A DNA stretch of 64,000 bases, from positions 420,409 to 484,408 of the forward strand of contig RHPI01003124.1 in NCBI GenBank assembly GCA_009103225.1. Direction: 5' to 3'. The notes beneath the pieces were generated by a model. The model was not told the origin of the DNA. It did no database searches and saw nothing but the letters and a program-made list of their open reading frames with translations. Shown here piece after piece: positions 39,900-59,270 of this stretch. The stretch is from Chlorokybus atmophyticus. Its lineage: Eukaryota; Plantae; Mesostigma and Chlorokybus algae. A program made the translations under genes and the position numbers. How positions within the stretch are numbered: position 1 is the first letter of the stretch; each line of letters begins with the position of its first letter.

Positions 39900-42800
39900 T
39901 TACAGGCTCCAGGAGTACTTGCCACCAGCAGCACCAGCAGACGCCACCTTGGGGGCAGCAGTGAACGCCTGGTTGGCATTGACCGTGTTGGAGTAGGAAG
40001 AGAAGGGCTGAGGCTCATACTCTACAATGACATCAGTGTCGCGACCCATATCAGATTGCAGGAGGTCTGTGCAAAAGACAAGAATGTGTCAGGCAAGAAG
40101 GGCTCACAAGGCAGCAAAGGTCTGCACTTAATATCTACATGCCAACGTACCAACGCTCATGCGGAAGGGGTCCTTCACATCGCGATCCTCGCCATTGACG
40201 TTGACCCTCACAATCTTCAATGTGCCTGGCTCGATGAAGTCGGGCATCACATTGATGGCGAGCTGACCAGCACGCGGGTCCTCAGTAGGCTTGAAGTACA
40301 TGCAGAGGTTCTCCTTGGAGACGTAGCACTTGGTGTAGATGTCAGCAAGGAAGCAGAGCTCAAACGCATGGTAGCCAGAGATGGAGTGGCCACCCTTGCG
40401 GCGGTAGCTGCCAACCAGGAAGGGCAGACCATCACCATTGGTACGGAAGTACACACCCTGGTCGTCGTGGTTTAGGAAGAAGGTGTTGTAGAAGGCAGTC
40501 TGCTCACGAGCCAACTTCAGGTACTCCTCGTTGTTGGTCTTGCCATACATGATGTAGTAGGCAAGGATGGCCTGCTCCTGCTGCCAGAAGTCCTTGGTAT
40601 CCCACCTGCAACGTCAACCGGTTATCACATACTGCGAAAGAAGCTCAATCTATCAACTCAAGGGACATGAAAGGCAGTGACCCACAGCATGCATTGTCTG
40701 CTTACCAGCGGAACTCAATGAACATGCCGTTCTTGGGGTGGCGCTCAATCACGTCGAACAGACCGCTGCGGATTTGGTCAACACCAACACGGGCGAGCTC
40801 ATCACCCAGGTAGCAGCAGAGCTTCATAAGGGCATCTGAGTAGGCCTTGTCAGAGCGGGCATAGAAGTTGGCAGCACGAGTCAAGTTCCAGGCGATCTTC
40901 AGGTTGTGACCGCAGACAGCAGAGTCCTGCTGCCACCTCCAGGTGGTCCAGGGGGTCCAGTCCTCGTAGAAGCGCTCATTAACGAAAGGCACACTCGGGT
41001 CCGGATCAGGGAACTTGGTCAGAATCAACTCGCTTGTCTCGCGGAGGATCCACAGGCATCTGTCCAGGAACTTCTGCAGGTAGGGAGAGGAGCCCTCAGG
41101 GACAGGGTCCAGCGCGCAGACAAGGTTGATCAGGTAAGCAGGGATGTGGTCGCCAATGGAGTTCCAGTTCTTCTGGGACTTGTTGTCGCCCAGATGGGGG
41201 TCGTCATACTTAAGGGTGGCAGCATCAACATGGGAGTAGTAGCCGCGGTGGCCGCTCTTGGTGTCCAAGTAGTACTTGTCGAACATCTCCACAGTGCGGA
41301 CAATGTCGGCGAGCGCATCAGGGTCGTAGGTGATGCGGTAGTATTGGGTGAGGCCGGCAAGGGCATAGATCTGCTCGTACAGGGGGATCTGGTTGAAGTC
41401 ATCACCGTTCTGTGAGGCCATGATCATCTTGCCATCTTTGAGACCATAGGCCCAGAAGCAGCAGCGTCCATCATTGGTGAGCTTGCGAAAAGCCTCACGC
41501 TGGAACTTGATGGCATTGCGTGCGTTCTCCAAGAAGCGGTCAGACCCGGTCAGCAGGTATGCAGAAGACAGACCATAGATGAGGCGAGACAGGGTGGCCA
41601 TCTCCTGAGCAGTGTCAGCCGTCTTGTGGCCGGTGATCTCAATGTTGGTGCGGTAATTGACGCGGAAATCTCCACCCACAGCGTTCACCCAGACATCAGC
41701 AAGCACGTTGAGCTGGTTGACCCACCAGTGGGCATCCTCAAAGATAAGTCCACCATGGCCGTCCTCCATGATGTGAAGGGTGCGAGCATCAATGCGGGTC
41801 TTGCCAGCGTCCTCAATCTCAATGCCAGCAGCAATGAGGAGGGCACCAACATTGATGTACTTCTGGACACGAGCAGAGGGAGACCAGTCGAAGCCGGGAG
41901 GATCGGGCATTCGATCGCGGTCAACCTCGTCAATGTTCATGAGGCACTGCACAACAGAATGTCGACGTCAGACAGCACCCCAACAGTTGACAGCAACCCC
42001 ACTGACCAAACTCAAGGCTCAACACAAGGCTCACTGGCATGTAGGTACCCAAGTAACATGTTTTATTGATCAATGGTGCTTACCTTGCACCATGTCTGCT
42101 CGGACAGGTTGATGACGAACTCGTCTCCGGAGCGAGCCACCAGCTTGAAGGCAGCATTGGCAACATCGACAGCGGTCACGTAGCTGAATAATGGGGGCAT
42201 CAGCAAATAGTGCACCTTACAACAGCAACAAGTACTGTTGGGGATCGAGCTACTTGCGCATGCATTACTCAACATTCATATCAAATATCATAACATACCC
42301 TGTGATGGTGACAGTGTTAGTGGCGCGAGAGAGGCCGACCGCAACTGCCTGTGTGGTCTGCGGCTTGGCTGCCTTGGGGGCAGGCTGCAAAAATACTCAA
42401 GGTGAAACCCCATGCAAGCAGAAAGACAGTGCCTGGCATCACACATGCAAGCAACGTCCTATGACTCGAATGTAACTGCCTTGACTCGAATAGGAGGCTA
42501 ACAGACCTGCTGCAAGAGTTTACAAGCGGCAGCACGCTACGTTATAAAAGACAGCCCTACAGTCGTGTCATGCAACGAGCTGCAACTCCAGCTACAGTCA
42601 GCCGCCTACTTCGTGACCATTAAAACTCTTACATGCTGAATGACTGTATTCACGAAGACATGTCAAAGAAAAGAAGAGAGAGCTAGACCGACGTTGTAGT
42701 ACGCAATCGCACGCCAATGCACCTTGCGGACGACGCTGAGTCGGCCAGCACCGGCGGAGAAGCTGCTCTTGGCGGAGCCAGCGACTGGGGCGCCATTCAG

Positions 42801-42911
42801 GGCAATGGGCTGCGCCTGGCGCTTGGACGCCACACGGGAAGAGGCGGCGGGAGCGGCAACCGCCCCGCGCAGGACAGCCGATGAGGCGACGGCGGCGGTG
42901 GTCGTCGCCAT
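39900..42911 (-). CDS. AGE-family (N-acylglucosamine 2-epimerase-like) protein with a predicted plastid transit peptide
   Basis: Ala/Ser/Arg-rich N-terminus lacking acidic residues (MATTTAAVASSAVLRG...). Core motifs TLSRLIYGLSSAYLLTG, IPLYEQIYALAG, KNWNSIGDHIPAYLINL, GHNLKIAWNL, FWQQEQAILAY and KGGHSISGYHAFELC. Six exons inferred; ends GGKYSWSL-TAA. Confidence 0.88.
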
Positions 42912-43939
42912 GCTGCTCACCGTCCCCGCAGCACACAATGCTGGTCTCAGGCCAAACCAAGCCTACTTTGGGCAATCAGCTGAGCAGCAAGAGAACGGTT
43001 AAAGGCAAATGCAGCTGCTAACCGCGTTCTCGTCGTGTCGTGAAAAGGCGACGCAACAGTACAACAGTACATTGCAAAGCATTGATGCCATCGTTCAGCC
43101 GACCTGCCACTGGCAGGCTGCTGGCATATGTCGCCAGAAAAAACTTGCTGCAGCCGGCCCATGCTGTAACCGCCATTTCATCAACTACACAAGTAGGTCT
43201 TGGTAGGGCACAGTGCGCCCTACCAAGACCTAAGACCTACCGGTACTTCCACAACCGATTTTCACATTCAGCTCGCCCTTGCAAGATTCCGTCGTCGTGT
43301 AACGACCTTTATCGGTCGCTGGGCAGCAGACGTCCGGTTTGGAATCGGAGCCTCAAGCACGGCATTAAGTCGGCTGCAGCCGCTTTTTCTTAGCATTCAA
43401 ACGGTCGTTCTCTCCACCCTGTCAAAGTTCCGCCCCTCGTCGCAGCCCTTAACGGAGCTTGGAGCCGGGTTCTTTATCACGTCGCTAGCCTATTTCTGGC
43501 CTGTTTCATCGTCCAATTGGCTACGCATCCACACTGCATTGACCGGCTGGTTGCGCAGGTAGTCTAATCAAATTATAATGATCTTTGATTGACACACTTA
43601 CACACACACACACACACACATCGCATTGTGCATATCGGTGCAATCTCACCTACTCTGCGGACACATAATTGGAAAATGAGCACACGCCTGCAAACACACA
43701 ACTGCCTGCGCATACGCTGACTCCTAACCTCTCCTACTATCGTGCTTTTTTCTCCCTTACAATCCGGTGTGTCATATGTTGCCTGCATTAGCATTCGATG
43801 GCATTATGTGTGGCATGGTAGGAGTGGAGGCTAAGTGGAAACAGGCACGTGCAGAAGCATATTGTATGCAACGTGCTTGTATAGCATGTTATGGATCTGC
43901 GGTTGGCGTGTGCTTCAAGTTAAAAGTTATGCATGTAAG

Positions 43940-43946
<7 letters not shown>

Positions 43947-44023
<77 letters not shown>

Positions 44024-44037
44024 NTCTCTCTCTCTCT
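43947..44037. repeat. (CT)n microsatellite
   Basis: Direct reading. Confidence 0.95.
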
Positions 44038-44404
44038 GCTAACACATGGGTTTTTACACTCTTGGGCTTGATTATGGTCATTGCATGCGTGCCTGCCTGC
44101 CACATGTGCTAGCAAACGCATCGTCCATACCGCTACAATCTCAACTACTTTGCGTACACACGCACACGTAAGATAAGTATAATATTAAAAAAGTCTTAAA
44201 AAGCTATAAGTCGGTGGCATTATGTATACCGTTACGTTTGGTCATGTTCCGTATATGTGCAAATACAAACCCCTCAAACAAACAAAGCCCCCCACCCACC
44301 CACCCTTTCCCGAAAANCTTTAGGGGGGGTATTAGGGCTGCATTTTTACCTGTAAAATGGTGTTACAAACACTCACACCCACCCATCCACCCACCCAAAA
44401 AATC

Positions 44405-44540
44405 TGACTGAGGCTATTTATCTGTCAGTTGGAGTAAAAGGTGCGCGCCTTAACTGCGACCAACTAACCAAGACTATTTCGCAATTAGCTGGAGCAAAAA
44501 GTGCGCGACTTAACTGCGACCGACTTACCGAGGCTATTGC
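44405..44540 (+). repeat. Imperfect 60-bp tandem repeat, about 2.3 copies
   Basis: Units recur at an exact 60-nt period: ..CTATT..GGAG.AAAA.GTGCGCG.CTTAACTGCGACC. Confidence 0.8.
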
Positions 44541-45949
44541 GCGGTCAACACATAGAAGTCTGATACGGATGCGGCATCAGATACGTCTGCTCAGTGATGT
44601 GAGTATCAATGCGCCTGAGAACTCGTATGATACGGGTAATGCGATAACATGCATGCGTAACTCATAAAATACATTAGATACTAAAAGAGAACTTGCTTAT
44701 TATCATGCGTTGACTCGATGCATGAGCTAAGTACACTCCCATTATTGCCGCCACCGCCCGGGCTACCAGCATGAAGACCGCGCGCGCCCCAGCCTACGGC
44801 TAGCTACTTTGTACTTCATGTAGCATGTAGCTAGGGCTACTCTATAGACCTCTCTGTAGGAACTGCGCGTAGCTGAGCAGCTAGGAATTTGTTATTAGCT
44901 CATGTGCTATATTGAGTCTTAGGGGATTTCCGTAGTAGCATACGGCCTCGATGTGACCGTTGGCCTAGTGCCCGCGTGGCACTGTATAGTCATGACTTGA
45001 CATGTATAAGTAGGAAGTCACGTCACTGGACTCGCTTATAACACTGTAAGTGAGTAGTAGTACTAAGAGTAAAGACTCTGTCTTTATGAACTGGTGAAGC
45101 GACTTGAACTAGAAGCACACCGTCACGGTTGCCAAGCACTGCCTTACTGCGTGAGACACGGTGTATGCTGTTGTGCGCTGTGCTTGTCATTGCTGTGAGC
45201 TTGGCAGTGGTGTGTTTGCTGCAGCGGTCAGGACATAGCATCTCTGAGTTGCTTGCTCATCCCTGAGCCTACGCCTATGTCGAGGGGGGGGGGGGGGGGG
45301 GGGNNNNNNNNNNNNNNNNNNNNNNNNNNNNNNNNNNNNNNNNNNNNNNNNNNNNNNNNNNNNNNNNNNNGGGGGGGGGGTCTTTGTTTGTGTTGTTTAA
45401 ATGCAGCGCGCAGCACCAGCATGCCCACGACATGGGCGCTCCTCTGCAGGGTGCCCAAGACGACGTGACCTTCGACTATGGCAGGCACGACAGGGCTCAC
45501 CGCGTGTTGGAGGACAGCCACTACTGTCCTCACCAGCTACAGTCAGCTTGGACAGCCCCTTTGCATGGACAGACCCCCACATTGAAAGTCGCCTACATTA
45601 ACAGCCCCTGAGTTTAAAGCCCCTACATTGACAGTCCCCAACTGTGTATGGAAGATATCTGCAAGACTAAAGTTGTGGCATTGATATCAATGAAGCAAAC
45701 CTCTGGCGGCGCTGGAAGGTTACAGAAAGGAGAGTGCTTTTATATGCTGTCACATGCTGAAATAGCTAGCACAACCATTAGGAATCCTTGAGTATATCTG
45801 GCTGGATAAGTGGCTAGCACTATAATTGTGTGTGCTGAGCCAGAGTTAATGATCCACATTGCATACCTCAAGCGTGCAAGCTGCTGCTGTGCATGCTCGT
45901 GTGTGTGAGATAGGCTTAGTGTTGTAGCACATTCAACACTGCTTAAGCT

Positions 45950-46620
45950 CTGATTGCCAACACCGAGAGGATGGTGCACACTGTGAAAGGGAGACGCAAA
46001 TTGCCGCAACCATGACAAAAGCAACCGGGATCTCCAGCTGCCATGAATTATGATGGGGAATACGACCCATGTTTACTGCTGTATGGCCGCCATCCACAGC
46101 TGCCAGCTGCTTTTAGTAAGGCTGCATAGGCAGTTGTGAATTTACAAGATAAGCAAAGCTTTATCAAAGAGCTCACTGCTAGGGCAGCGCTGTTCGAATG
46201 CATCATGCCGATCGCAATGGACAACCTAATCATTGCACAACATAGACACTCGGCGTTATGCTCGGGTGAGCAGTGGGTTTTGCAAGCCCCGCTTGCAGGA
46301 GTTTAAGACAGGGGATTATGTTTATCTCCAAAGTCATTACAAAGACACGCTGGATACAATGCCAGCAATACGATCCTTAAAGGCAAAGAGGTGCGCAACA
46401 ACGGCGTACCTTTACTTAGGGGCAACGATGCTAGGACGTGCATAGAGCAGATGAAAAACTGTGTCCTTTATCATCTACCCAACATCAATGGGGCTGTGGA
46501 CCCCAAGGCAGCTGTTGCAGATGCCAGCCGATAGTTATGTAGCGGCAAGTGCATGCGAAGGGGTGAGGGTGTACTATGGTCGCACTAAGCACAACACATT
46601 GTCGTGCCATATGGTTATAA
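45950..46620 (+). mobile_element. Ty3/gypsy integrase remnant (core end and C-terminal region)
   Basis: ERMVHTVK, LLLYGRHP, RAALFECIMPIAMDNLIIAQHR, RRYARVSSGFCKPRLQEFKTGDYVYLQ, YHLPNINGAVDP; stops and frameshifts. Confidence 0.75.
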
Positions 46621-47870
46621 GGTTTAACAATTTATCATGTACCATGCGCGTAAGTAAAGCTGAGTTGTCGAGATAGCGGCTCAATCTGTTTATTGATGCA
46701 TCGTTGGCCCCGAGCAGGGGTGCTCGTCAATTTTATGTGTGGTTATCCACTATGTACGTAAGCTGATCAATATGACAATCACACACGCACATACAAACAC
46801 AGACCAACAAGCTTAAGCACGTAATCAATTATGGTAGGGGCAACAAACAATGCCTATGTGCACTAAGTGCATGCACGGGGTGGTAAGGGAGCTTGCTATC
46901 CTAGTTAACATTCATTTTTCACATTTGAGACACAATCAAGTCTCAAACACACAAGGAGCAGCAACTTTATTGCACAGAGAGCACAAGCCCACAATAGCAC
47001 ATGAACGGTTATTCATGAAAGGCAAGCTTGCGTCATTATCAAGAGGTTAAGAGGCTTTGTGTGCCAGTGCACCAAGGTGCGGTGCAGTGCAGGGGCAACC
47101 TCGTGTGCAACGTTGTTGCCCACACCACGCGCAATTCGTTGGACTGGCACAAACCTCTGCATAATCGGGAAGGAGGACACTCGGAGAAGACTACTCTGAT
47201 GGGGTGACAGCACTGCGTCGCTCCTTCTACCCAGTAAGAAGATGTGGTAGGGTAACTGCCAGGCTTATCCTTCCATGTCGGTTTGTATACACATGGATAC
47301 GGGTTTGCCACGATAATGAAGACGTAACCGGTATGCTGGCGTCTATTAGCAAGGCCACTCGCCGGTTGACAGCCGCACGAGCAAGGGCGATGGGACCACT
47401 GCTGTGCCGCCCCAACACATCGCTGTCACCTCCACCTCTTCCTCCACGTTCATTGAGAGGAGGCCAACGCTCACGAGTGTAGCTTCACTTCTGCTAGGCC
47501 ATACATATTGCTGCGTTGCCGCCGTTGCAAGCAGACCAAGTCGTATGCACAAGACTAAAGGCGTACAGCCTAAGACATCGGGAAAGGTGGTTATCTGCAT
47601 GCCCGAGAAGCAGGAGTTGGAATTCACATTATTAAGTGGATGTCGAGCATCAGCATACACGACGGCTATGAGCACGACACAATGCAATCGATTAACGCAC
47701 AAGTATTAGCCTTGAAGACGTTATTAATGGTCAAATTTATGCATAACATAACGCGGATATGCATAAACACTTATTGAATATGCACTTATCAATGTTAGAC
47801 TATACCATACTGCAACCGAATTCATGCCTTACAGATGAATTCAAGCCCCCCTCAAATGGAATACCCCCCT

Positions 47871-48541
47871 TGTAACAGTCAAGGCCAAATTCTGTGATTT
47901 TCATGGCCGTTTTAGGCCTTATTTGTAAGGTACATGTTTTTAATGACTTGTGGCGGATATCGGCGAGTTATGAGTCTGCCGCGGATATCGACCGGGGCCC
48001 CAAGACCAGTCCGGAAGGTGCCAGAAAACGGAGGGCCAGTCGAGAAGGGCTCGACCAGATTTCTGGAAGGGCCTGGCGCCAAGTAATATAACTTGACCAT
48101 ATGAGCAGCAAATTAGGGGATCTTTGGTGCGTTGGAAAGGTCTAGAAGTGTACTACAAGGTTATGCAATAACATCTTAGCATCTAGTTTTGTGTAGCACG
48201 GAAATCGTCTAGACAGTAGTATGTGCAGACTGGTAGGTATAAAAGCGACATTCTACAATGTGCAATACAACCTTTAGCTCCTTCGTTTCTGGTGTGCAAG
48301 CTTGGTGGTGGTTAGCAGGGTTGCTAGCGTGTGTCCACTGGTGTGTGCTTGCTTGTATGAGGATCCAAGGCGCTACACAAGTCGGTGTGTAGCTTCGAGC
48401 GCGTGCGCGTGCGTATGCGAGTGGCGGGGCGCGCATGTGTGCTTGGCAGAGGGGGCAAGGTTCCGGTGTGACTACTGTGCCTTAGTGAGAGGGTTGTTGA
48501 TTGGACCAACTCACAGGTAACAAAGCACGAGCATCGTCACA
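47871..48541 (+). mobile_element. LTR copy 2 (~671 bp), no TSD
   Basis: TGTAACAG...CGTCACA, homologous to 13021-13685. Flanks CCCCT/GCAGC do not match each other; no PBS or PPT seen. Confidence 0.75.
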
Positions 48542-49166
48542 GCAGCAATGCACAATGCGTGGGCAAGTTGTTTAACAATATGCAAGATTGCAACATCGTT
48601 CACTGTACTCTTATGTATGGTTGTGCAACAAGGGGTGCTTAGGAATTTTCTCAGAGACAAGTACGATTGGGGTACGTCATGTATATTCACGTGGTGGCTG
48701 ATGCTAGCGTTGTTATCAGTATATGCACAAAAAATGCACGCATGTGCATACGCCCGCGCGTTGACAACCAAGGTGTGCATGTACCACATGTTGCGAAGTG
48801 TTTCCATGCATGGCATATTTGGCTTAGACTCTACCAACTTCACCTACTACTAATAGGTGAAGCAACGTTGAGTGATAGTATCACTCAGCGTTGGCTACAC
48901 AACTGTACATTCCTGATGTGAAGTGACCCTCTTTGCACTGTTTAGCATCTATTCTCTGACTATGCATGCCACCTGCCTACAGATAGTACTCTGGTTTCAT
49001 TCAAGCTACTGCGCATGGCAGGCCTTCAGCAAAGTAACTATAGTCAGCAGCCTAATTTAACAACCGCAAAATCACACCCAATGCAGGAACCACTTACTGG
49101 TTGACAGCGAGAAGAACACGGGTGCGTAGCGTTGAGCCTGCGGTCATACTCAATGTACAAGATGAG

Positions 49167-52180
<3,014 letters not shown>

Positions 52181-52279
52181 GAATGCTGCAACCCGAGTGA
52201 GACGAAGACACACATTCTACCTCCTCCCAATTCCACCATAGACATGCTTTAAAAAATGAGCCGCTGGATAAGCCAATGG

Positions 52280-52770
52280 GATTGAACATATGGGAAGACA
52301 AGCAGATAACTCAGTTTTTGCAAACAGGCATATATGCGGACGGAATGAGCTATAGAGATAACGACCGCATCTAGCACTGCTCGCAAGTATGTGTAGTCAA
52401 AAGGGGCCTTATGAGTAAAAGCCATCGCAATGGAGCCTCTATAAGTTTAAGCACCAGTCAAACGAGCGGCCATTGTCTCGACTTTGCACAAGGAGCTGGG
52501 ACATTTAGGGGTGAAATGCACACTCAGCTTGGTACAAGGCACTTATTGGTGGAGAGGCATGACCGCACAGTGCAGGAGGTAGTGGCCAACTTCACCACCT
52601 GTGATTGCATTAAAGTCAACTTTACAATACGCAGCATGGAGCTGCACCCCAATGCCCACTTAAGGACTGTTCTCATAGTGGAGAAACTCCTTATTCTGAT
52701 TGTAGTTGAGCACTTATTTAGATGGATCGAGCTGACCACGTGTATGATGTGTCATGAGTGGCAGTGTTAG
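52280..52770 (+). mobile_element. Ty3/gypsy integrase N-terminal (H2C2 zinc-binding) remnant
   Basis: IWEDKQITQFLQTG, GHLGVKCTLSLVQGTYWWRGMTAQ, (frameshift) VQEVVANFTTCDCIK, ILIVVEHLFRWIEL. Confidence 0.7.
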
Positions 52771-52924
52771 CGTTATATAAACCGCATGCCATTACGGTAT
52801 ACATAGCACTGTGATATGAACTTCATGTTAAACATGACATATTATATAATATACAATATATATCAAATACTTATTGGTATGCATTAAATGTAATTGATTA
52901 TTTTTTATCATATTTGCCCGGTCA

Positions 52925-53035
<111 letters not shown>

Positions 53036-54204
53036 NAGTGGGTGGCTTTGCAAAACAGCAGTGGGGCTTCAACCGTAAATAGAATACACCGTGAGGTGCT
53101 TATGCACACATGCTTTATAATGTTGACAGTATCAATTGTAAAAAAGCAACTTGAAGGCCTGGTTGAGCTCGAGATTCATTAATACTACAACATATCAAAA
53201 TACAATTGTTGCAATTAATTCTGCATTTAAGCTAGTAGAATAGCCTATGCTTGTAAGGGAAAGAAGCGATGGAAGCTCTGCTTGCATGGCGTGTGTATGT
53301 ATATGCTGCTTGATTAACACCGCTTACTTAGCAGAGTTTTTAAACGTTTTCATTAAACATTATTCATGCATATCATCATTCCAATCTGCATTATGCTAAT
53401 GGATACACTTATGTGCATCACAATATTACACGTATCGCGGCTGGTGTATGCAGTGCTTGACCAATCACACCTGCCAACATGAATGCTGTTACTGAACACA
53501 CTTTGCCGTATAGACTACAGGGGCATGTATAAAGTGCGAATTCTTCTTAGCGCCACACTTGCGACTAAGTAGGTTGTCACGCACGTCATGCGTTACGTTA
53601 TTCAAGCATCACGAAAGAATTCAGCGCACGCGCCGCCTGCTTCTGTTCCGTGCTGCTTAATCGGCAGGAGCTGCTGCACAGTGGTGCTATGATTGTAACC
53701 TACATGGTATAGGCTATATCATTGGCGTGCTGTTGTTAATGATGCGGACCATTTGTATAAGTCAGTAGCACCACTTGTGGCAGTGCATGCTTATCACGCT
53801 GGTGGGAGAAAGCGTCTTCAAACCCAACAACCATCAGCATAGCAGGCTCATAAAATAGAATGTGAGTATAGGCCTATAGTATAACGGTACTGGCAGTCCG
53901 ACATGCATGCGTGACAAGACATACCGGTTCTGCATGTCGCTTTCTTTCTAACAACGCAATCGCTTGTCAAGAGATAGAAAGATTAAGATTCAAGCAAGGA
54001 TCCGCCCACTTCAGCCTTAGTCGCTTCTGCAGCGGCAGGCCATCACCATCGCCGGTACGTGCATGCATCTTTCTGTGCGCGTGCACTGGCGAGTGTGTGT
54101 GTGCGCTCTCTTGACTAGACACCGTAGCATGTACGTTCAAGCTTAAGCTTTCTTCACTGCAAGCGTCAGGGTTTGCTGTTTGATTTCTGAGCAGTGCCGG
54201 AGTG

Positions 54205-57436
<3,232 letters not shown>

Positions 57437-58599
57437 TAAGCTTTATCGGTTTGCACTCAACACTAACAGTACTGGTGTTGTGCGCCTACTCTCAACGGAG
57501 TTTTGTTAGCTGCACCATGATCAGGTTGGAGGCAACGTAGGCTGATGTTACCGCTAGTGCACTTGCTTTCACGCTTGGCAGTAGCTTGCTCAAGCACAGC
57601 GCAAGGAGCACGCACACACACACGCACACACACACACACCGGCACTGTCAGTTTCTAAAACAGCAACATACAAACACTCGCAAACACAGCTTGAGCAGCA
57701 CACAATGCGACGCACGCATACATGCTTTTGTCCACCAGCAAAACATGCAACGAACCAACACTGCACACATGCAAGCAGACAGCTCGCACAGCACCTGCAC
57801 GAAGCGTCCAATCACGGCTTTTTATGCACGCGCGTGTGTATGCATCGATCTTTAGTCTACAATGCACATGCAAGGTATTGCATGGGTGTGCTTGAACACG
57901 CGCACGCACGCCTGCACACCTCAACAAAATACACGCGCAGCGCATGCAGCAGCAACATGAGGCACAACGACATCAGAACCAACATGCACATATGGAATAG
58001 TGATACACATCATACATCAAAATTTGTCGTGTCGTACACAAGTGAACATGTGTATATAAAGTGCGATTGAGTACACACAGATATGTGACAAAATGTTTTT
58101 GCTTTCCATGCGCTTTGACTTCCGCTTCATGATCCATTAGCAGCGTCTTGTACTTGCACTTCAACACGTTACTCTTCAATTCTTCATCTGAATGACTCGC
58201 ACGCCTGTTCAAGATTACAACATATAAAAATGTTGCAGAGACATTCTTGACGCAAACCTGCACATTGTAATACGCACGATAAAAAATAAAATAGCAAATG
58301 ACATCAGGAGACCTGTGCACCTGAACTTGGGTGAGTGGGAAGAGGGTGGAGTGTTAGATAGACTCCTACTTGCGGCAAGTGCGAAGGGAGCAGGGCAAGT
58401 GAACCAGCCCAATTACCCTAAGCTCAGCTGCATAAAAACCCCGCACCTTATTCCCTCAGGCTGGCCTGAAATGACCTGTGTGCTGTGGGGCAGCTCAGGG
58501 TGGAAAGAAGGGGGGGGGNNNNGGGGGGATCAATTGTACTATATGGGACAACAACAATACGCGGGTCCATACATGACTGCACTGCTGTAACAGCTACAT

Positions 58600-59270
58600 C
58601 AATCAAGCCAACAACGCCAAGTCTGCCACCGTAAGTCCAGCAATTTCTGTCAATGAAGTGTCTCGTGCCGGCCGTTTGTCACGAGATGGCGCTGATCTCA
58701 TTGCTGCTAGTGCCATGATCGCTGCAGCCTGCGACCGCTGAAACACTATTGAGATGCGCTGCCGAAACTATGTCACCAAGCGGGAAATGAACCGTGACTC
58801 CAGCTCTCTTATATCAATCACACGGCGTGCACACATGGCTAACAGATCAACCGCTGGGGTCTCCATCCAACCATAGGTGTCAATTGCCAGGGGTATCAAA
58901 GTGTTAGCTGCTGCATGGTCGCCATACTTCGCCCTCTGCACTCTCTCTGCTGCCAGCACACCTGCTCTTGGCCTGGCGCGAGGCTCCGTAATGGTAACAT
59001 CCAATAGCAGACGCTGATCGCAGCCCGGCTCACACGCGACAATGTCCATGCGTCGCCCCTGCTGCTCATGCGCACGCATAGGCAGCACACCAAGAACCTC
59101 GCAACGCATCACGAACCTCGCCTCCCTCATGATGGCGGCGAATCCATCACGCACAGCATCGTGAGTGGCAATGAGGTGTCCATCTCGCATGCACATCGAG
59201 AGATGCGTGTGGGAAATGAACAGCCGAGGCCTGCCCCGCACTGCCGCTCTCCCTCCAAACAAGTCCAACC
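58600..59270 (-). mobile_element. 5'-truncated non-LTR retrotransposon fragment, REL endonuclease (CRE-like)
   Basis: C..DGH...THDAVRD, RRMDI...LLLDVTI, ERVQRAKY, LIPLAIDTYGW and FRQRISIVFQRSQA match the CCHC + PD-(D/E)xK restriction-like endonuclease C-terminus. No RT domain seen. Confidence 0.75.

Noticed and set aside
44316-44340. Interstitial telomeric repeat (TTTAGGG)
   Set aside because: Only one or two imperfect units, next to an N.
44405-44540. CRISPR array
   Set aside because: The context is eukaryotic, the units are degenerate along their whole length with no repeat/spacer alternation, and there are no cas genes.
46850-47710. Antisense extra ORF carried between the gypsy integrase and the LTR
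   Set aside because: Only short stop-interrupted peptides with no recognisable domain, and no PPT links the integrase remnant to the LTR at 47871.
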